A stretch of 64,000 nt of DNA from an uncultured delta proteobacterium (lineage in GTDB: Bacteria; Myxococcota; Kuafuiibacteriia; Kuafuiibacteriales; Kuafuiibacteriaceae), in NCBI GenBank assembly GCA_963803435.1, contig CAWDML010000001.1:800001-864000 (forward strand), written 5' to 3'. Position 1 is the stretch's first letter. The number at the start of each line of letters is the position of its first letter. This document shows positions 49,279 to 59,099 of this stretch, piece by piece. A model generated the notes under the pieces. It saw only the letters and a program-made list of their open reading frames with translations, did no database searches and was not told the origin of the DNA. The translations under genes and the position numbers were made by a program.

Positions 49279-49363
49279 GTTTCTAACCGCCGCTTGGTGG
49301 GGATTTTTGCACGGAAGCCTCGGAGCACGCATGTAGCTACGCGGTACTGTCGAGAGTCGAGAG

Positions 49364-50048
49364 GTGCGCCGGCCCAAGCCGGTGAGGTGCTGATGGTGAA
49401 AGTCCATTGCAGGAAAGGAGTAGCGATCCACCCTGGCCCCCGAGTCATGCGTGCGTGCCCGCAAGGGCGCGGGCGAAGCGTTGACAGGGGTGCGTGCGGG
49501 CTCGGTATTGAGCCACGAAATCTCTCTGTTCCCGGTGGCCGACCCTGTCTCTTGAGGGGGAAGGCAACATCGCGGTCGCCGTCACGCGAGGCGGCCGGGG
49601 CGCCGGCGGGGTCAAAGACCCGGTGCACGCACGCAGGCACTTCACACGGAAGCCGGGAGATCCCGCCGCTGACCGCGAACGATGGAGCGCGGTCCGCAAA
49701 TCGAACCCGAGAGGGCAATGAGGCGATGAACGGCGGCGGGAAGTCGGACGACTCCGTACTACCTGGGAAGCTCGCGAACAACGGCGATGATGCGTCACCG
49801 CTGGCGGAGCGAGTGGAGGGAAGGGAGTCGGCCAAGGGGAACTCGGACGGGCAAAACAGGGACCGCGCGCAGAAGCAGGCTGCCCTGCAAAGCAAGCTCG
49901 ACCGGGTACGGCAGAAAGCGAAAAAGGAAAAGGAGACACGGTTCACGACGCTCTGGCACCATGTCTATGACGTCGACCGCCTCCGCGAGGCTTATTTCGG
50001 TCTCGAGCGCCGGAGCGCAGCGGGTGTGGACGGCGAGACGTGGCAGCG
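49364..50048 (+). mobile_element. ltrA: Group II intron 5' part (copy 3) with the N-terminus of the RT/maturase, truncated
   Basis: GTGCG 5' end; typical domain I-III motifs (gagccacgaaa, gaaggcaac, gaagtcggac); LDRVRQKAK..RFTTLWHHV...AAGVDGETW. Confidence 0.93.
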
Positions 50049-50520
50049 CTCTCGTTGTTACCGGGACAAACGCCGGCCCAAGCAGCGAGGTGCTTGGCGC
50101 TGGGGAACCAGCTCATGTCGATGCCGATCTCCGAGATGATCGACGCAGCCGTGATTGCATCGATCCCCGGGATAGTCATCAGGCGCTTCTGCTGCGCGGC
50201 ATACGGTGTCACCTTCTCGCGGATCCTGTCTTCGATGATGGCAACGTCGCGATCGACCGCGTCCAAGCGACGAAGCTGTGCTTCGAGCAGGAAGCGGTGC
50301 CTTTCCTCGAACCGCCCCTCGAGCGCGAGGGCGAGATCGAAGGCTTTCTTGCGGAGCTTCCCTCGAGCAAGCGCGGCCAGTTCCTTCGCATCCGTCGTTC
50401 CGGCGACGAGCGCTCGGAGCATCAACATCCCGGACGCCCCGAAGACATTCGACGCTACGCTCGCGAGCTTGATGTTCGCCGTTTCGAGCAGCTTGAGAAG
50501 CCTGTTCCGCTCGGAGGCTG
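50045..50520 (-). pseudogene. IS110-family transposase internal fragment
   Basis: NRL.KLLE.ANIKL.SV.S.VFG.SG, LMTIPGI, SEIG.DM..F.SAKHL..WAG.CPGNNESA. Confidence 0.9.
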
Positions 50521-50553
50521 ACCCGCGCAACCAACTCGAAACCGCGTCCGAAT

Positions 50554-50588
50554 CTGTCGACTGTCAACCGTGGACTGTCGACGGTTGG
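50554..50588 (+). repeat. Heptamer array (ctgtcga-like)
   Basis: ctgtcga ctgtcaa ccgtgga ctgtcga cggttgg. Confidence 0.7.
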
Positions 50589-50660
50589 AGCCCAGCAGAG
50601 CCCGGGCCCATTTTCTTCCTTCGTGCTGTCCTGTCCGCGGGACGTGGAGTCTGGCTAGCG

Positions 50661-51806
50661 TTACGACTCGCGGCTGCGGGCGCGATCGAGCATCCGATAG
50701 AAGCTCGGGCGGGCGACACCGGCGAGGGTGGCCGCCTTCGAGACGACGCCGCCGGCGCGCTGGAGCATGCTCGCCAGGTAGGTCCGCTCGAAGTGGGCGA
50801 GCGCGCGGCGGCGAGCCTCTCGGTAGGGATAGGCGCCCAGATCCAGTGCATCCGGGGCGTCGTCACGCCCGAGGACGAGGTGGCGCTGGACCACGCTCCA
50901 GAGCTCCCGGACGTTGCCGGGCCAGTCGTAGGCGACGAGGAGCGGGGCCAGGTCGGCCGGAACCTCCGCCTCGGGATCTCGGGTGGCCCCGCGAAGGAAG
51001 CGGGTCGCCAGGAAGAGCACGTCCTCCCGGCGATCGCGGAGCGGCGGGATCGGGACGCGCAGGACCTCCAGGATCGCGTCCAGCGGCAGGTGGCTTGAGA
51101 CGATGATCCGGACGTCGTGCGCCCCTCGGCCCTGGAGGAGATCGACGAGCGGGGTCGGGGGCTCGTCGATCTCGTGGAGGAATAGACTGCCGCCTCTCGC
51201 CTGCTCGACGGCGCTCGCCAGCTTCGGCCCGAGGGCCTCGAGGGCGCTCGAGTCCACTGAAACGAAGGGCCTGCGACTCCGGGGTGAGAGGTCGTGGAGC
51301 GCACGGGCCAGCGCGCCCCTGCCCGTCCCGGTCTCGCCCTGCAACCAGACGGGCCCGTCGGATGCGCTCGCCTGCTCCAGCAGCGCAAAGACGTGGCGCA
51401 TCGCGACCGAGGTACCGGCGACGTCGCCGAAGGTCTCCTGGCTGCTCAGCGGGAGGTCGAGGTGCGTGCCGGCGAAGCGGACGAGGAGCGCGCTCTCGCC
51501 GAGCTCGAGCGTGGTGTCGGCCGCGAGCATCGCCTCGACGACGCGCAGCGGGCCCACGAAGACGCCCGGCGCGCTGCCCTCGTCCTTCACGAAGAGCCCG
51601 TCAGGGGTGGCGAGGATCCGCAGAGAGACCGACGGATCCGAGAGCTGGAGGTCGGCCTCCGGTCCGGACCCGATCCGCAGCACCGGCCGGTCGACGTCGA
51701 AGCACCGCCCCACGTCCCGGCCGCGGACGACCTCGATCCGCGCCGTCTTCACCCGCAGGTGTTCCACAGAGCTCGTCTCCATCCCGGCGACGTTGAGTCG
51801 AACCAT
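50661..51806 (-). CDS. FHA + sigma54-type AAA + Fis HTH regulator (degenerate)
   Basis: GETGTGR, LFLHEI, WPGNVREL, HTH; no GAFTGA. Confidence 0.85.
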   Translation of the reverse strand: MVRLNVAGMETSSVEHLRVKTARIEVVRGRDVGRCFDVDRPVLRIGSGPEADLQLSDPSVSLRILATPDGLFVKDEGSAPGVFVGPLRVVEAMLAADTTLELGESALLVRFAGTHLDLPLSSQETFGDVAGTSVAMRHVFALLEQASASDGPVWLQGETGTGRGALARALHDLSPRSRRPFVSVDSSALEALGPKLASAVEQARGGSLFLHEIDEPPTPLVDLLQGRGAHDVRIIVSSHLPLDAILEVLRVPIPPLRDRREDVLFLATRFLRGATRDPEAEVPADLAPLLVAYDWPGNVRELWSVVQRHLVLGRDDAPDALDLGAYPYREARRRALAHFERTYLASMLQRAGGVVSKAATLAGVARPSFYRMLDRARSRES

Positions 51807-51839
51807 GGCCGTGAAGTGTTGAAAGATTCTTCTGCCCGG

Positions 51840-53006
51840 TCAGGGCCCGCCGAGCGCCTCCAGGCCCCGCTCAGCGCTTACCCGCACCCGCGCGATGGGG
51901 CTGGCGGCGCCCTGCTGGAAGCGCGCCCGCGCCTCGCTGCGCTGGCCGGCTTCCAGCAGCATCCAGCCCAGCGCGATCGAGACCTCGTCCGCCCGGACGC
52001 TGTCGGGATAGCGGCCCAAGAACCGCCGCATCTCCGCGATCGCCTCCACCTTTCGCGCCGCCCGCTGGAGCGCCAGGGCGCGACCGTAGCAGGCGTCTTC
52101 GGCCAGTGAGGCCTCGGGCGCCGCCGCCTCGGCCGCCTGGAACAGCTCGGCGGCGTGAGCCATGTCGCCGCTCGCGAACGCCGCCCAGGCGTCGCGGAAG
52201 GCCCGCTCGTTCGCCGGCACCGGCGGGCGGGCGGACGAAGAGGTGCGCGCCGCCGGGAGGCGCGACGTCGCCTCGACCACCGGCGCGCGCCGCTTCGGTC
52301 GTGGTCTCGGGGAAGCCGGCTCCGGGGGTGCGGGGGGCCCGCCCACCACTGGGGCCGCGATCGAAGCCGGGGCGCGGGGGCGCATCCAGCGCTCACCCGC
52401 CCGCAGGAGGACCGGCGCGCGATCGTGCTGCCGTACCTCGACGGCGCCGCGCGTGACCTGCACCCGGACGAGCCGGCCCTTCTCGGCCGCCACCTCGAAG
52501 ATGGTGCCGCGGACCTCGACCTCGGCGTCGGCCGTCTCCACGATGAAGCGCTCGTGCGCACCCAACGGATCGACCTCGAGCCGGATCCGACCGCGCTCGA
52601 GGTGGACGATCTCCGGTCGATCCGGAAGGCCGGCCGTGTGCGAGAAGCGCGCGGACGGATCTGCCTGGACCTGGGCGCGCTGAAACGGCGCCGCGATGAC
52701 CGGATCACCGGTGAGCTGGAAGAGCGCGAGGGCGGCTGCGGCCGCGGCCAGGCCCACCCACGGCAGCAGGCGGCGCAGCGTCGGGCGTCGCCGCCGTCCT
52801 CGACCCGACGCGAGGAGCGTGCTCCGGATCTCCTGCACCTTCGCCGGGTCCGGCGGCTCGTACGGCAGGTCTCGGAGCAACACCGCGAGGTGGACCGTCG
52901 ATCGCAGATGCTCGGCGCACTCGACGCACGCGCGCGCGTGAGCCGCGGGCGGCGTACCATCCCCCTCGAGGGCGGCCTTGCGGAGCTCGGGGCAGTCGCT
53001 CTTCAT
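51840..53006 (-). CDS. FecR-domain anti-sigma with C-terminal TPR
   Basis: HARACVEC, TM, V.T.DA.VEVRGT.F.V, TPR. Confidence 0.85.
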   Translation of the reverse strand: MKSDCPELRKAALEGDGTPPAAHARACVECAEHLRSTVHLAVLLRDLPYEPPDPAKVQEIRSTLLASGRGRRRRPTLRRLLPWVGLAAAAAALALFQLTGDPVIAAPFQRAQVQADPSARFSHTAGLPDRPEIVHLERGRIRLEVDPLGAHERFIVETADAEVEVRGTIFEVAAEKGRLVRVQVTRGAVEVRQHDRAPVLLRAGERWMRPRAPASIAAPVVGGPPAPPEPASPRPRPKRRAPVVEATSRLPAARTSSSARPPVPANERAFRDAWAAFASGDMAHAAELFQAAEAAAPEASLAEDACYGRALALQRAARKVEAIAEMRRFLGRYPDSVRADEVSIALGWMLLEAGQRSEARARFQQGAASPIARVRVSAERGLEALGGP

Positions 53007-53596
53007 GGCACCTCCTCACCGACCGCGCTGCGGAGCGACTTGCGCGCCTGGTGGAGCCATCGCCAGATGGTCCCGGGCCTCACGCCGAGCGCGGTGGCCG
53101 CGTCGTTCCCCGAGACCCCCTCGAAGTCGCACATCACGAGCGCGACGCGCTGGTTGTGGGGAAGGGCTGTCAACCCAGCTTGCAACCGGCCGAGCAGCTC
53201 GCGGCGGGCCGCGATATCGTCGGCCTGCTCGCTCCTCGGCGGCGGCAGCTCTCCCAGGGCCTGCATCGCGTGCGCCCGGCGATCGCGACTTCGCGCGTGA
53301 TTGCGGGCGACGTTGGCGGCGATCCCAAAGATCCAGGTGAGCGCGGGCGCCTGTCCTCGATAGCGGTGGGCCGAAGTCCAGACCGCTGCGAAGGTGTCCT
53401 GCAGCAGATCCTCAGCGTCTCCGTTGCATGTGCCGGCGACGCGGCAGAGGAACCGGTGCATCCGCAGGTGATGGCGGTCGAAGAGGGCGGCGAGCGCGGC
53501 CGGATCGGAGAAGCCGCAGGCGCCCACCAGCGCCTCGTCGGTCATCTCCTCGATCCGCCCCTCGATGCGCCGGAGCGGAACGACGCGCCCGATCAC
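53003..53596 (-). CDS. ECF sigma-70 factor
   Basis: DEALV, AEDLLQDTF, TWIFGIA.N, LG...GTI. Confidence 0.9.
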   Translation of the reverse strand: MIGRVVPLRRIEGRIEEMTDEALVGACGFSDPAALAALFDRHHLRMHRFLCRVAGTCNGDAEDLLQDTFAAVWTSAHRYRGQAPALTWIFGIAANVARNHARSRDRRAHAMQALGELPPPRSEQADDIAARRELLGRLQAGLTALPHNQRVALVMCDFEGVSGNDAATALGVRPGTIWRWLHQARKSLRSAVGEEVP

Positions 53597-54519
53597 GGCC
53601 AGCCCCAGAGCAGCCCGGCCTGACCGCGGATCGTCATCAGCTCGCGATCCGGCAGCACGACGGTCCAGCTCGCGCCGACCTGGAGGTGGAGCGAATCGAA
53701 CAGCCGGAGCGACGCGAAGAGCCGCGCCTCCGCCCGACCGCCGAAGCCCGGGTGCTCGGCACCCTCCCCGCATGCGGAAGAGCGGAGCGACCTCCCGCCG
53801 GCGAAGCAAAGACGGCCCTCCCCCAGGGAGCCGAGCCAGCCGCCGCCGAGCCCGATGCCCGGCGTCACCGTCAGACGGCCGAGCTCGAGCGGTACGTTGA
53901 GATCGAACATGACGTCGACGTCGCTCTGGTGGCGCTGACTGAGGCTGTAGCGCGCCGTCGCGCCGACGCAGGCGAAGCCGAGCTCGCCGCAGAGAGAGAG
54001 CGCGCCTCCGAGCCAGCGCCCGCGATTCCGGGCGACGCCAAGCTCGGCGGAGAGCCGCCAGGAGTAGCCGGCCTCGGGGAGCGGCGCGGCCGCCAGCGTG
54101 TTCGACTCGCGGGGCTCGTCGGCCGGCGAGACCGGCGTACGCGGCGCGGGCGTGACGGCCTGCGTGCTGGTCGCCGCCGCCTCCAGCAGATCCATCCGCG
54201 CCCACGACTCGATCAAGGTGGCCGCGGTGGCGAGGCTCTTCACGGTGCGCTCGGCGGTACGTCCCCACGGATCGCGGATCGTGATCCGGAAGGCGCCCTC
54301 GGAGACGTCGACGTGGACGTGAAGAACACCGCAGCCACCGGGCGGAAGGCCGGCCGGCTCGACCTCGACGCCCCGATCCACGAGGAGCGGCGCGATCTCG
54401 CGTGCCGTCGCGTCGGGCGCGTCGACGACCGCGATGGGCGGGCACGCCTCGGCGGCGAGCGCCCGGCCGCTGAGGAGAAGGACGACCGCGGTGATCGAGG
54501 CAGACCTCATCGCTCCCAT
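53593..54519 (-). CDS. Secreted/outer membrane hypothetical protein
   Basis: Signal peptide and beta-strand C-terminus; GTGA overlap with the sigma factor. Confidence 0.7.
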   Translation of the reverse strand: MGAMRSASITAVVLLLSGRALAAEACPPIAVVDAPDATAREIAPLLVDRGVEVEPAGLPPGGCGVLHVHVDVSEGAFRITIRDPWGRTAERTVKSLATAATLIESWARMDLLEAAATSTQAVTPAPRTPVSPADEPRESNTLAAAPLPEAGYSWRLSAELGVARNRGRWLGGALSLCGELGFACVGATARYSLSQRHQSDVDVMFDLNVPLELGRLTVTPGIGLGGGWLGSLGEGRLCFAGGRSLRSSACGEGAEHPGFGGRAEARLFASLRLFDSLHLQVGASWTVVLPDRELMTIRGQAGLLWGWP

Positions 54520-54621
54520 GAGTAACCGCAGCCCGAAAAACCTTCCGATCATTCCGTGGAGAAGGAATGGGGCGCTGCGGTTACCCACCTCCTCAGAACT
54601 CTTACTCCACACGAGGTGCTC

Positions 54622-55239
54622 ATGAGAGCCGTAGCCCTGTTTCCCCTCATCCTCCCCGGCTTGCTCGCCGCCAGCTGTGGAGACTTCTTCTACGACGGCG
54701 ACGGCCAGAGCCATCACCACGGGCGGGGTCGCAGGTTCGGCCCCGGCAACGATTGCATGCAGGGCGAGGACGCCGGCGCGTCCGCCCGCCCGGACGCGAG
54801 GGTCCGACTCACCGACAGCGGCGCGCCCCCGCCGGCGGACAGCGGCGTCGTCGAGGCGGACGCCGGCGTGCTCCCGGAGATGGACGCGGGCGCCATGGAT
54901 GCGGCCGGGCCGAGCTGCGCCACCAGCGCAGATTGTCCGGTGGGATCGACGTGCGTGGCTTCGTCGTGCGAGCCCTGTCCCGAGGGCGTCTGCACCTGCA
55001 TGCGCGATGACGAGTGTCCCGCCGACCAGATCTGCAACCACCCGATCGCGACTTGCGAGGATCCGCCGGTCCTGTGCTCCGACCTGACCGTCGAAGCCGA
55101 CTGTCTCGCCCGCACCGACTGCCAGGCGATCTACTCCGGGATGAACTGCCGGGACAGCCAGGGCGGCGACTGCGAGTCGGGCGATCCGAACTGCACCTGC
55201 GAGACCTTCAGCTTCGCCGTCTGCATCGACAAGGAGTGA
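54622..55239 (+). CDS. Cys-rich lipoprotein
   Basis: LAASC lipobox, DAG repeats, many Cys. Confidence 0.8.
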   Translation: MRAVALFPLILPGLLAASCGDFFYDGDGQSHHHGRGRRFGPGNDCMQGEDAGASARPDARVRLTDSGAPPPADSGVVEADAGVLPEMDAGAMDAAGPSCATSADCPVGSTCVASSCEPCPEGVCTCMRDDECPADQICNHPIATCEDPPVLCSDLTVEADCLARTDCQAIYSGMNCRDSQGGDCESGDPNCTCETFSFAVCIDKE

Positions 55240-55464
55240 ACGCGCTCCGCATTCGTTGCATGATGGCCTGGAACGATGCGCGTCCGATAGCGGTTCGTCT
55301 CGCGTTCGAAGTCCGGGCTCGCGCACATGGAGACCGCGGGCCGCGCCGCTGATTCGGGCGCGCGAAAGAAGGCGTCGAAGATCGCCTTCATCACCAGCCG
55401 GAGCGGACCGGGCGCGTCGCGGATGATGTTGGTGTCGACACCTCCTCCCCGGCCCGCGGGCGGA

Positions 55465-55863
55465 TCAGCCGAGCTCGAGCGCCCACATCCCGGCCGCGAT
55501 CGCGAGCGGGATCAAGAACGCGCCCACCTGAACCATCCAGGCGCGCTTCGCGTTCAGGCCGATCACGACCAGCGCGAACCCGGCGGCGCCGGCAGCGCCG
55601 ACGAGGTGATCCTCGAGCACCATCGTCGTGAACGGAGGCAGCGATCCGGCGTCGAGGTACACGTGCCTCGCCACCGGCGCCACCCAGACCTCGAACGAAC
55701 CGGCGAGCGCCGCGGAGAACAGCGAGATCCCGGCCAGGACCCGGGTCGCGCGAGAGAGAGGCCCCCGCCAGATACCGAGGAGCGTCGACTCGATGGCTGC
55801 GGGGATCTGAACGACGATGAACAACAGGGAGAGACCGAGGAGCTTGAGGACGCGAAAGAGCAT
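55465..55863 (-). CDS. Small membrane protein
   Basis: About four hydrophobic segments. Confidence 0.6.
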   Translation of the reverse strand: MLFRVLKLLGLSLLFIVVQIPAAIESTLLGIWRGPLSRATRVLAGISLFSAALAGSFEVWVAPVARHVYLDAGSLPPFTTMVLEDHLVGAAGAAGFALVVIGLNAKRAWMVQVGAFLIPLAIAAGMWALELG

Positions 55864-55919
55864 TGATCGAGTATGAGGAGCCGAACCGGCACGAGCAACG
55901 TGGACAAACCGCCCACCGA

Positions 55920-58900
55920 TCAGGACCGAAGCGCGCGGCCCTTGGCGAGGATGACGAGGCCCAGAACCAACACGATCGCCGCGAGCGCCCACCATCTCGC
56001 GCCCGAGTGCGCGCGCGTTCGGTAAGTGATGGTGAGGACCGGCCCAGCGTCGCCGAAGCCCTCCTCCCAGGCGTGGAATCGCGTGAAGCCCACCGGTCGG
56101 AGGAGGCGGATCGCGTGGCCGTGGTTCTTCGCGGGATGGTCGAACCAAAGCCTGAAGGCCGAGGTCACCCTCTCGCCGGCGAAGACCGCGCGCTCGGTGA
56201 GCGAGCCCAGCGCCGCCACCGCGTCCCGTTCCACCGCGAGATCCTCGCCCGCCTTGGAGGCGCCCTTCCCTTTCCAGCGCCGCCCGCGGTGGGCGGAGCT
56301 GTTCCATGTAGGTGCGCCCACGGGATCGGCATAGAAATGGCCGTTCGTCGGCGGATCGCCCAAGAACGCCCCGCCGGACACCGGGTCCTGCCAGGGCCGA
56401 AGGCAGCGCCGCGCCTCATACTCGGTCGCGTCGCCGTCGTCGGGCAGGAGCGAGAACGAGGCAGCCTCGATCCGGCTCGACTCGGTGACGGCGGTCGCCT
56501 CCTGGAAGGCGGCGCGCCACTCGAAGCGGACGAACCCGGTCGTGCTCTCGTTCCCCTCGACCGCCTTCACCCAGACCTTGTCGTGCGACCAGTCAGGGAG
56601 CTCGGGACCGACCATCGACGCGTCGTGGACGGCAATCGGGATGTGGTTCCGTGTGGAAGCGCCGAGCGTCACCGTGATCTCGTCGCCGATCTCGAAGCGG
56701 TGCGCGTTCGACGCATCGTTCGGATCCAACCCGTTGCCGGCCGCGTCCCGGATCGATCCAGAGGGGATCAAACGATAGCTCCCCGGCGACGCCAGGTCGG
56801 CGATGAGATCGACGCGATCGCCCGCACGATCGAAGTACTGCACCGAGCGGACAGTGCCACCGTCGATCCGCCAGGCCGATAGCTCGCTGACCGACGCGCG
56901 ATCGATCGTCTCGTCGAACCAGACGGCGATCCGCGAGGTCGACACCGGCTCCACGCGCACGACCCGAGGCGGCGTGACGTCACGGGCCTCGCGGAGGTCG
57001 GCAGCGGTCATCGTCCCGTCGATCGACAGCACCAGCTCCGCGAGATCTGCGAGCTGCCGCTCGGTCAGACCGGCGGGGTCTCCGTGCGGATGCTCGCCGC
57101 CGGCGCGCGACGCCTGATCGCGGAGCAGGTCCAGGATCGTCTGCGCAAACACCGACGCGCCCTCGTACGGCGGCGACGTCCAGAGGCCGAGGAGCGTCGG
57201 CGTGTTCACGGCCCACTTCGGCTCGCGGGCGCCCAGCTCGCGCTCTCCGCGCCGGTGGGGCCCTCCGACGTCGTGGAAGCGGAAGTCCACGAAGCCCGTC
57301 TCGGGAACGTGGCACTCGGCGCAGCCGGAGCGGAGGAAGTAGGTGGCCCCGCGGATCGCCGCGTGGGTGAGCGAGCCGTCAGGCCGCCGATACGGGCTCC
57401 GCATGAGCGGCGGGAGGGACAGCACGTACGCAGCCAGCGCATCGAGGTCCGGATCGAGCCCGGCGTTCACCTCGGGCGACAGCTCCGGACGGACGCGCTT
57501 TCCCAGGAAGCCCGCGCCGCCCATCAACGGCCCCGTGATCGTGTGCTCGAAGTCCTGGACCTCGTCCCAATCGCCCGACCGGTGGATCTGTCCGAGGGCG
57601 GTCTTCGGGTCCCGCTCGGGCAAAGCCCTCGCACCCGACTCCGCGCGCGGGAGCGCGCTGCGCGCTCCGCTTGCCTTCGGGTCCCGCTCGGGCAAAGCCC
57701 TCGCACCCGACTCCGCGCGCGGGCCGTACGTCCGCGCCAACCCGAGGAGGCTAACCGATTGCCGCGGTCCGTGGAGCCCGGGCAGGTGCTGGAATGCCCA
57801 GCTTCGGGTCTCGTGCTCGCCGTGGGGATGGCATGAGGCGCAAGCTACCTTGCCGTTGCTCGACATCCGCGGATCGGCGCTGGTGTGGAAGAGCTTGGCG
57901 CCCGCCAGGATCAGGGCGGAGAACGGCTCCGGCGTCACCGGCGTGACCGGGATGCGCGACACCTCCCTTCGCTCGGTGAGGTCGAGGACGGAGACGTCGC
58001 GCGACAGCAGGTTGAGCACGTACGCGACCGGCGCCACCGGCGACACCGCGATTCCGATCGGCTGGTCGCCCACCGGGATCTCGGTGAGCGGAGCCGCGCC
58101 CGGGGGTGGGAGGGCTGGCGTGTCGACGGGCATCACCGTGACGTCGTTGCTCTGCTCGCCGACCACGTAGGCTGTGGCGCCGTCGGCGGAGAAGCCGACG
58201 TCGACCAGGCCAGCGACGTGCGCGTTCCAGCCCGGCCCCAGGTAGGCGTTCTCGCCGCCGGGATCGTGGACGTACCTGGCGCTCAGGATCACCTTGTCGG
58301 CGTTGGTGTTCGGCAGCGTGCGCGTGTCGAGATCGAGCTGGCGGATGGTGGCCTGGATCGTCGAGTCGGGCGTGAACTCGTCCTCGGTGACGTTGTGGTA
58401 CTCGGTCGGGATCCAGAGCCGGTTCTGGCGCGGTACCTTCGCGAGGTGGCCGCGAAAGAACAGGTAGCCGCCCTCCGCCACGTCTCCCGGGGGCAAGAGG
58501 CGGCTGCTGATCCGCGGATCGCTGGCGGCGGCGATCAGCCGGTTGGTGACGCGGGGCTCGGAGCCCGAGAGATCGAGGCGCGTCAGCCGTGGATGCTCCT
58601 CGTCGGGGAACAGGTGGGTGATCCAGGCGGAGTCGTCGTCGAGCCACACGATCCCGAGCGACGAGGTGAAGATTGGCTCGATCAGCCGCACCTGCTTCGT
58701 CGCCGCGTCGATCAACGCCAGGGCCGTGGTCCGATGCAGCGTCACCAGCGCCCGCGACTCGTCGGGCGACAGCACCACCGAATAGGGTCCGCTGCCGTAC
58801 GGCAGATCGATCCGCGCCTCCAGCGCGCCCTCGCGATCCAGCACGTAGACGCGGTCCGAGTCGTGGCAGGCCACCCAGATCTCCGACCCGTCCTCGCGCA

Positions 58901-59099
58901 CCGCGATCCCCCGGGGCGCGTCCTTCGCCGCCGCCGACAGCGGGATCTCGACGACCGCCTGCGTGGTCGTATCGATCCGCGCCACCGAACCGTGCTGCGC
59001 GTTCGCGACCCAGACCCAGCGGCCGTCCGCGCTGATCTGGATGGGCCCGCTCTTGTGCGGCGTCGCGAGCAGACCCAGGACCAGCGCCAGAGCGATCAT
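55920..59099 (-). CDS. Secreted beta-propeller + di-heme cytochrome c (peroxidase-like) + Ig/DNRLRE-like protein with C-terminal TM
   Basis: YVTN-like repeats, GAKLF...CASCH, CAECH, NTPTLLG. Confidence 0.85.
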   Translation of the reverse strand: MIALALVLGLLATPHKSGPIQISADGRWVWVANAQHGSVARIDTTTQAVVEIPLSAAAKDAPRGIAVREDGSEIWVACHDSDRVYVLDREGALEARIDLPYGSGPYSVVLSPDESRALVTLHRTTALALIDAATKQVRLIEPIFTSSLGIVWLDDDSAWITHLFPDEEHPRLTRLDLSGSEPRVTNRLIAAASDPRISSRLLPPGDVAEGGYLFFRGHLAKVPRQNRLWIPTEYHNVTEDEFTPDSTIQATIRQLDLDTRTLPNTNADKVILSARYVHDPGGENAYLGPGWNAHVAGLVDVGFSADGATAYVVGEQSNDVTVMPVDTPALPPPGAAPLTEIPVGDQPIGIAVSPVAPVAYVLNLLSRDVSVLDLTERREVSRIPVTPVTPEPFSALILAGAKLFHTSADPRMSSNGKVACASCHPHGEHETRSWAFQHLPGLHGPRQSVSLLGLARTYGPRAESGARALPERDPKASGARSALPRAESGARALPERDPKTALGQIHRSGDWDEVQDFEHTITGPLMGGAGFLGKRVRPELSPEVNAGLDPDLDALAAYVLSLPPLMRSPYRRPDGSLTHAAIRGATYFLRSGCAECHVPETGFVDFRFHDVGGPHRRGERELGAREPKWAVNTPTLLGLWTSPPYEGASVFAQTILDLLRDQASRAGGEHPHGDPAGLTERQLADLAELVLSIDGTMTAADLREARDVTPPRVVRVEPVSTSRIAVWFDETIDRASVSELSAWRIDGGTVRSVQYFDRAGDRVDLIADLASPGSYRLIPSGSIRDAAGNGLDPNDASNAHRFEIGDEITVTLGASTRNHIPIAVHDASMVGPELPDWSHDKVWVKAVEGNESTTGFVRFEWRAAFQEATAVTESSRIEAASFSLLPDDGDATEYEARRCLRPWQDPVSGGAFLGDPPTNGHFYADPVGAPTWNSSAHRGRRWKGKGASKAGEDLAVERDAVAALGSLTERAVFAGERVTSAFRLWFDHPAKNHGHAIRLLRPVGFTRFHAWEEGFGDAGPVLTITYRTRAHSGARWWALAAIVLVLGLVILAKGRALRS
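57603..57723. repeat. 49 bp perfect direct repeat (period 72) around a palindrome, in frame within a CDS
   Basis: 57603-57651 equals 57675-57723; ggagcgcgctgcgcgctcc lies between them. Confidence 0.9.

Noticed and set aside
49279-49345. attC-like site (TTCTAAC after a stop codon); weak similarity to the reverse complement of 437-460
   Set aside because: There is no matching GTTRRRY arm or integrase, and the similarity is too short to support.
1225-50048. Diversity-generating retroelement (Avd-like gene plus RT)
   Set aside because: The RT is a truncated intron-encoded protein 48 kb away, and I saw no TR/VR pair with adenine-specific mismatches.
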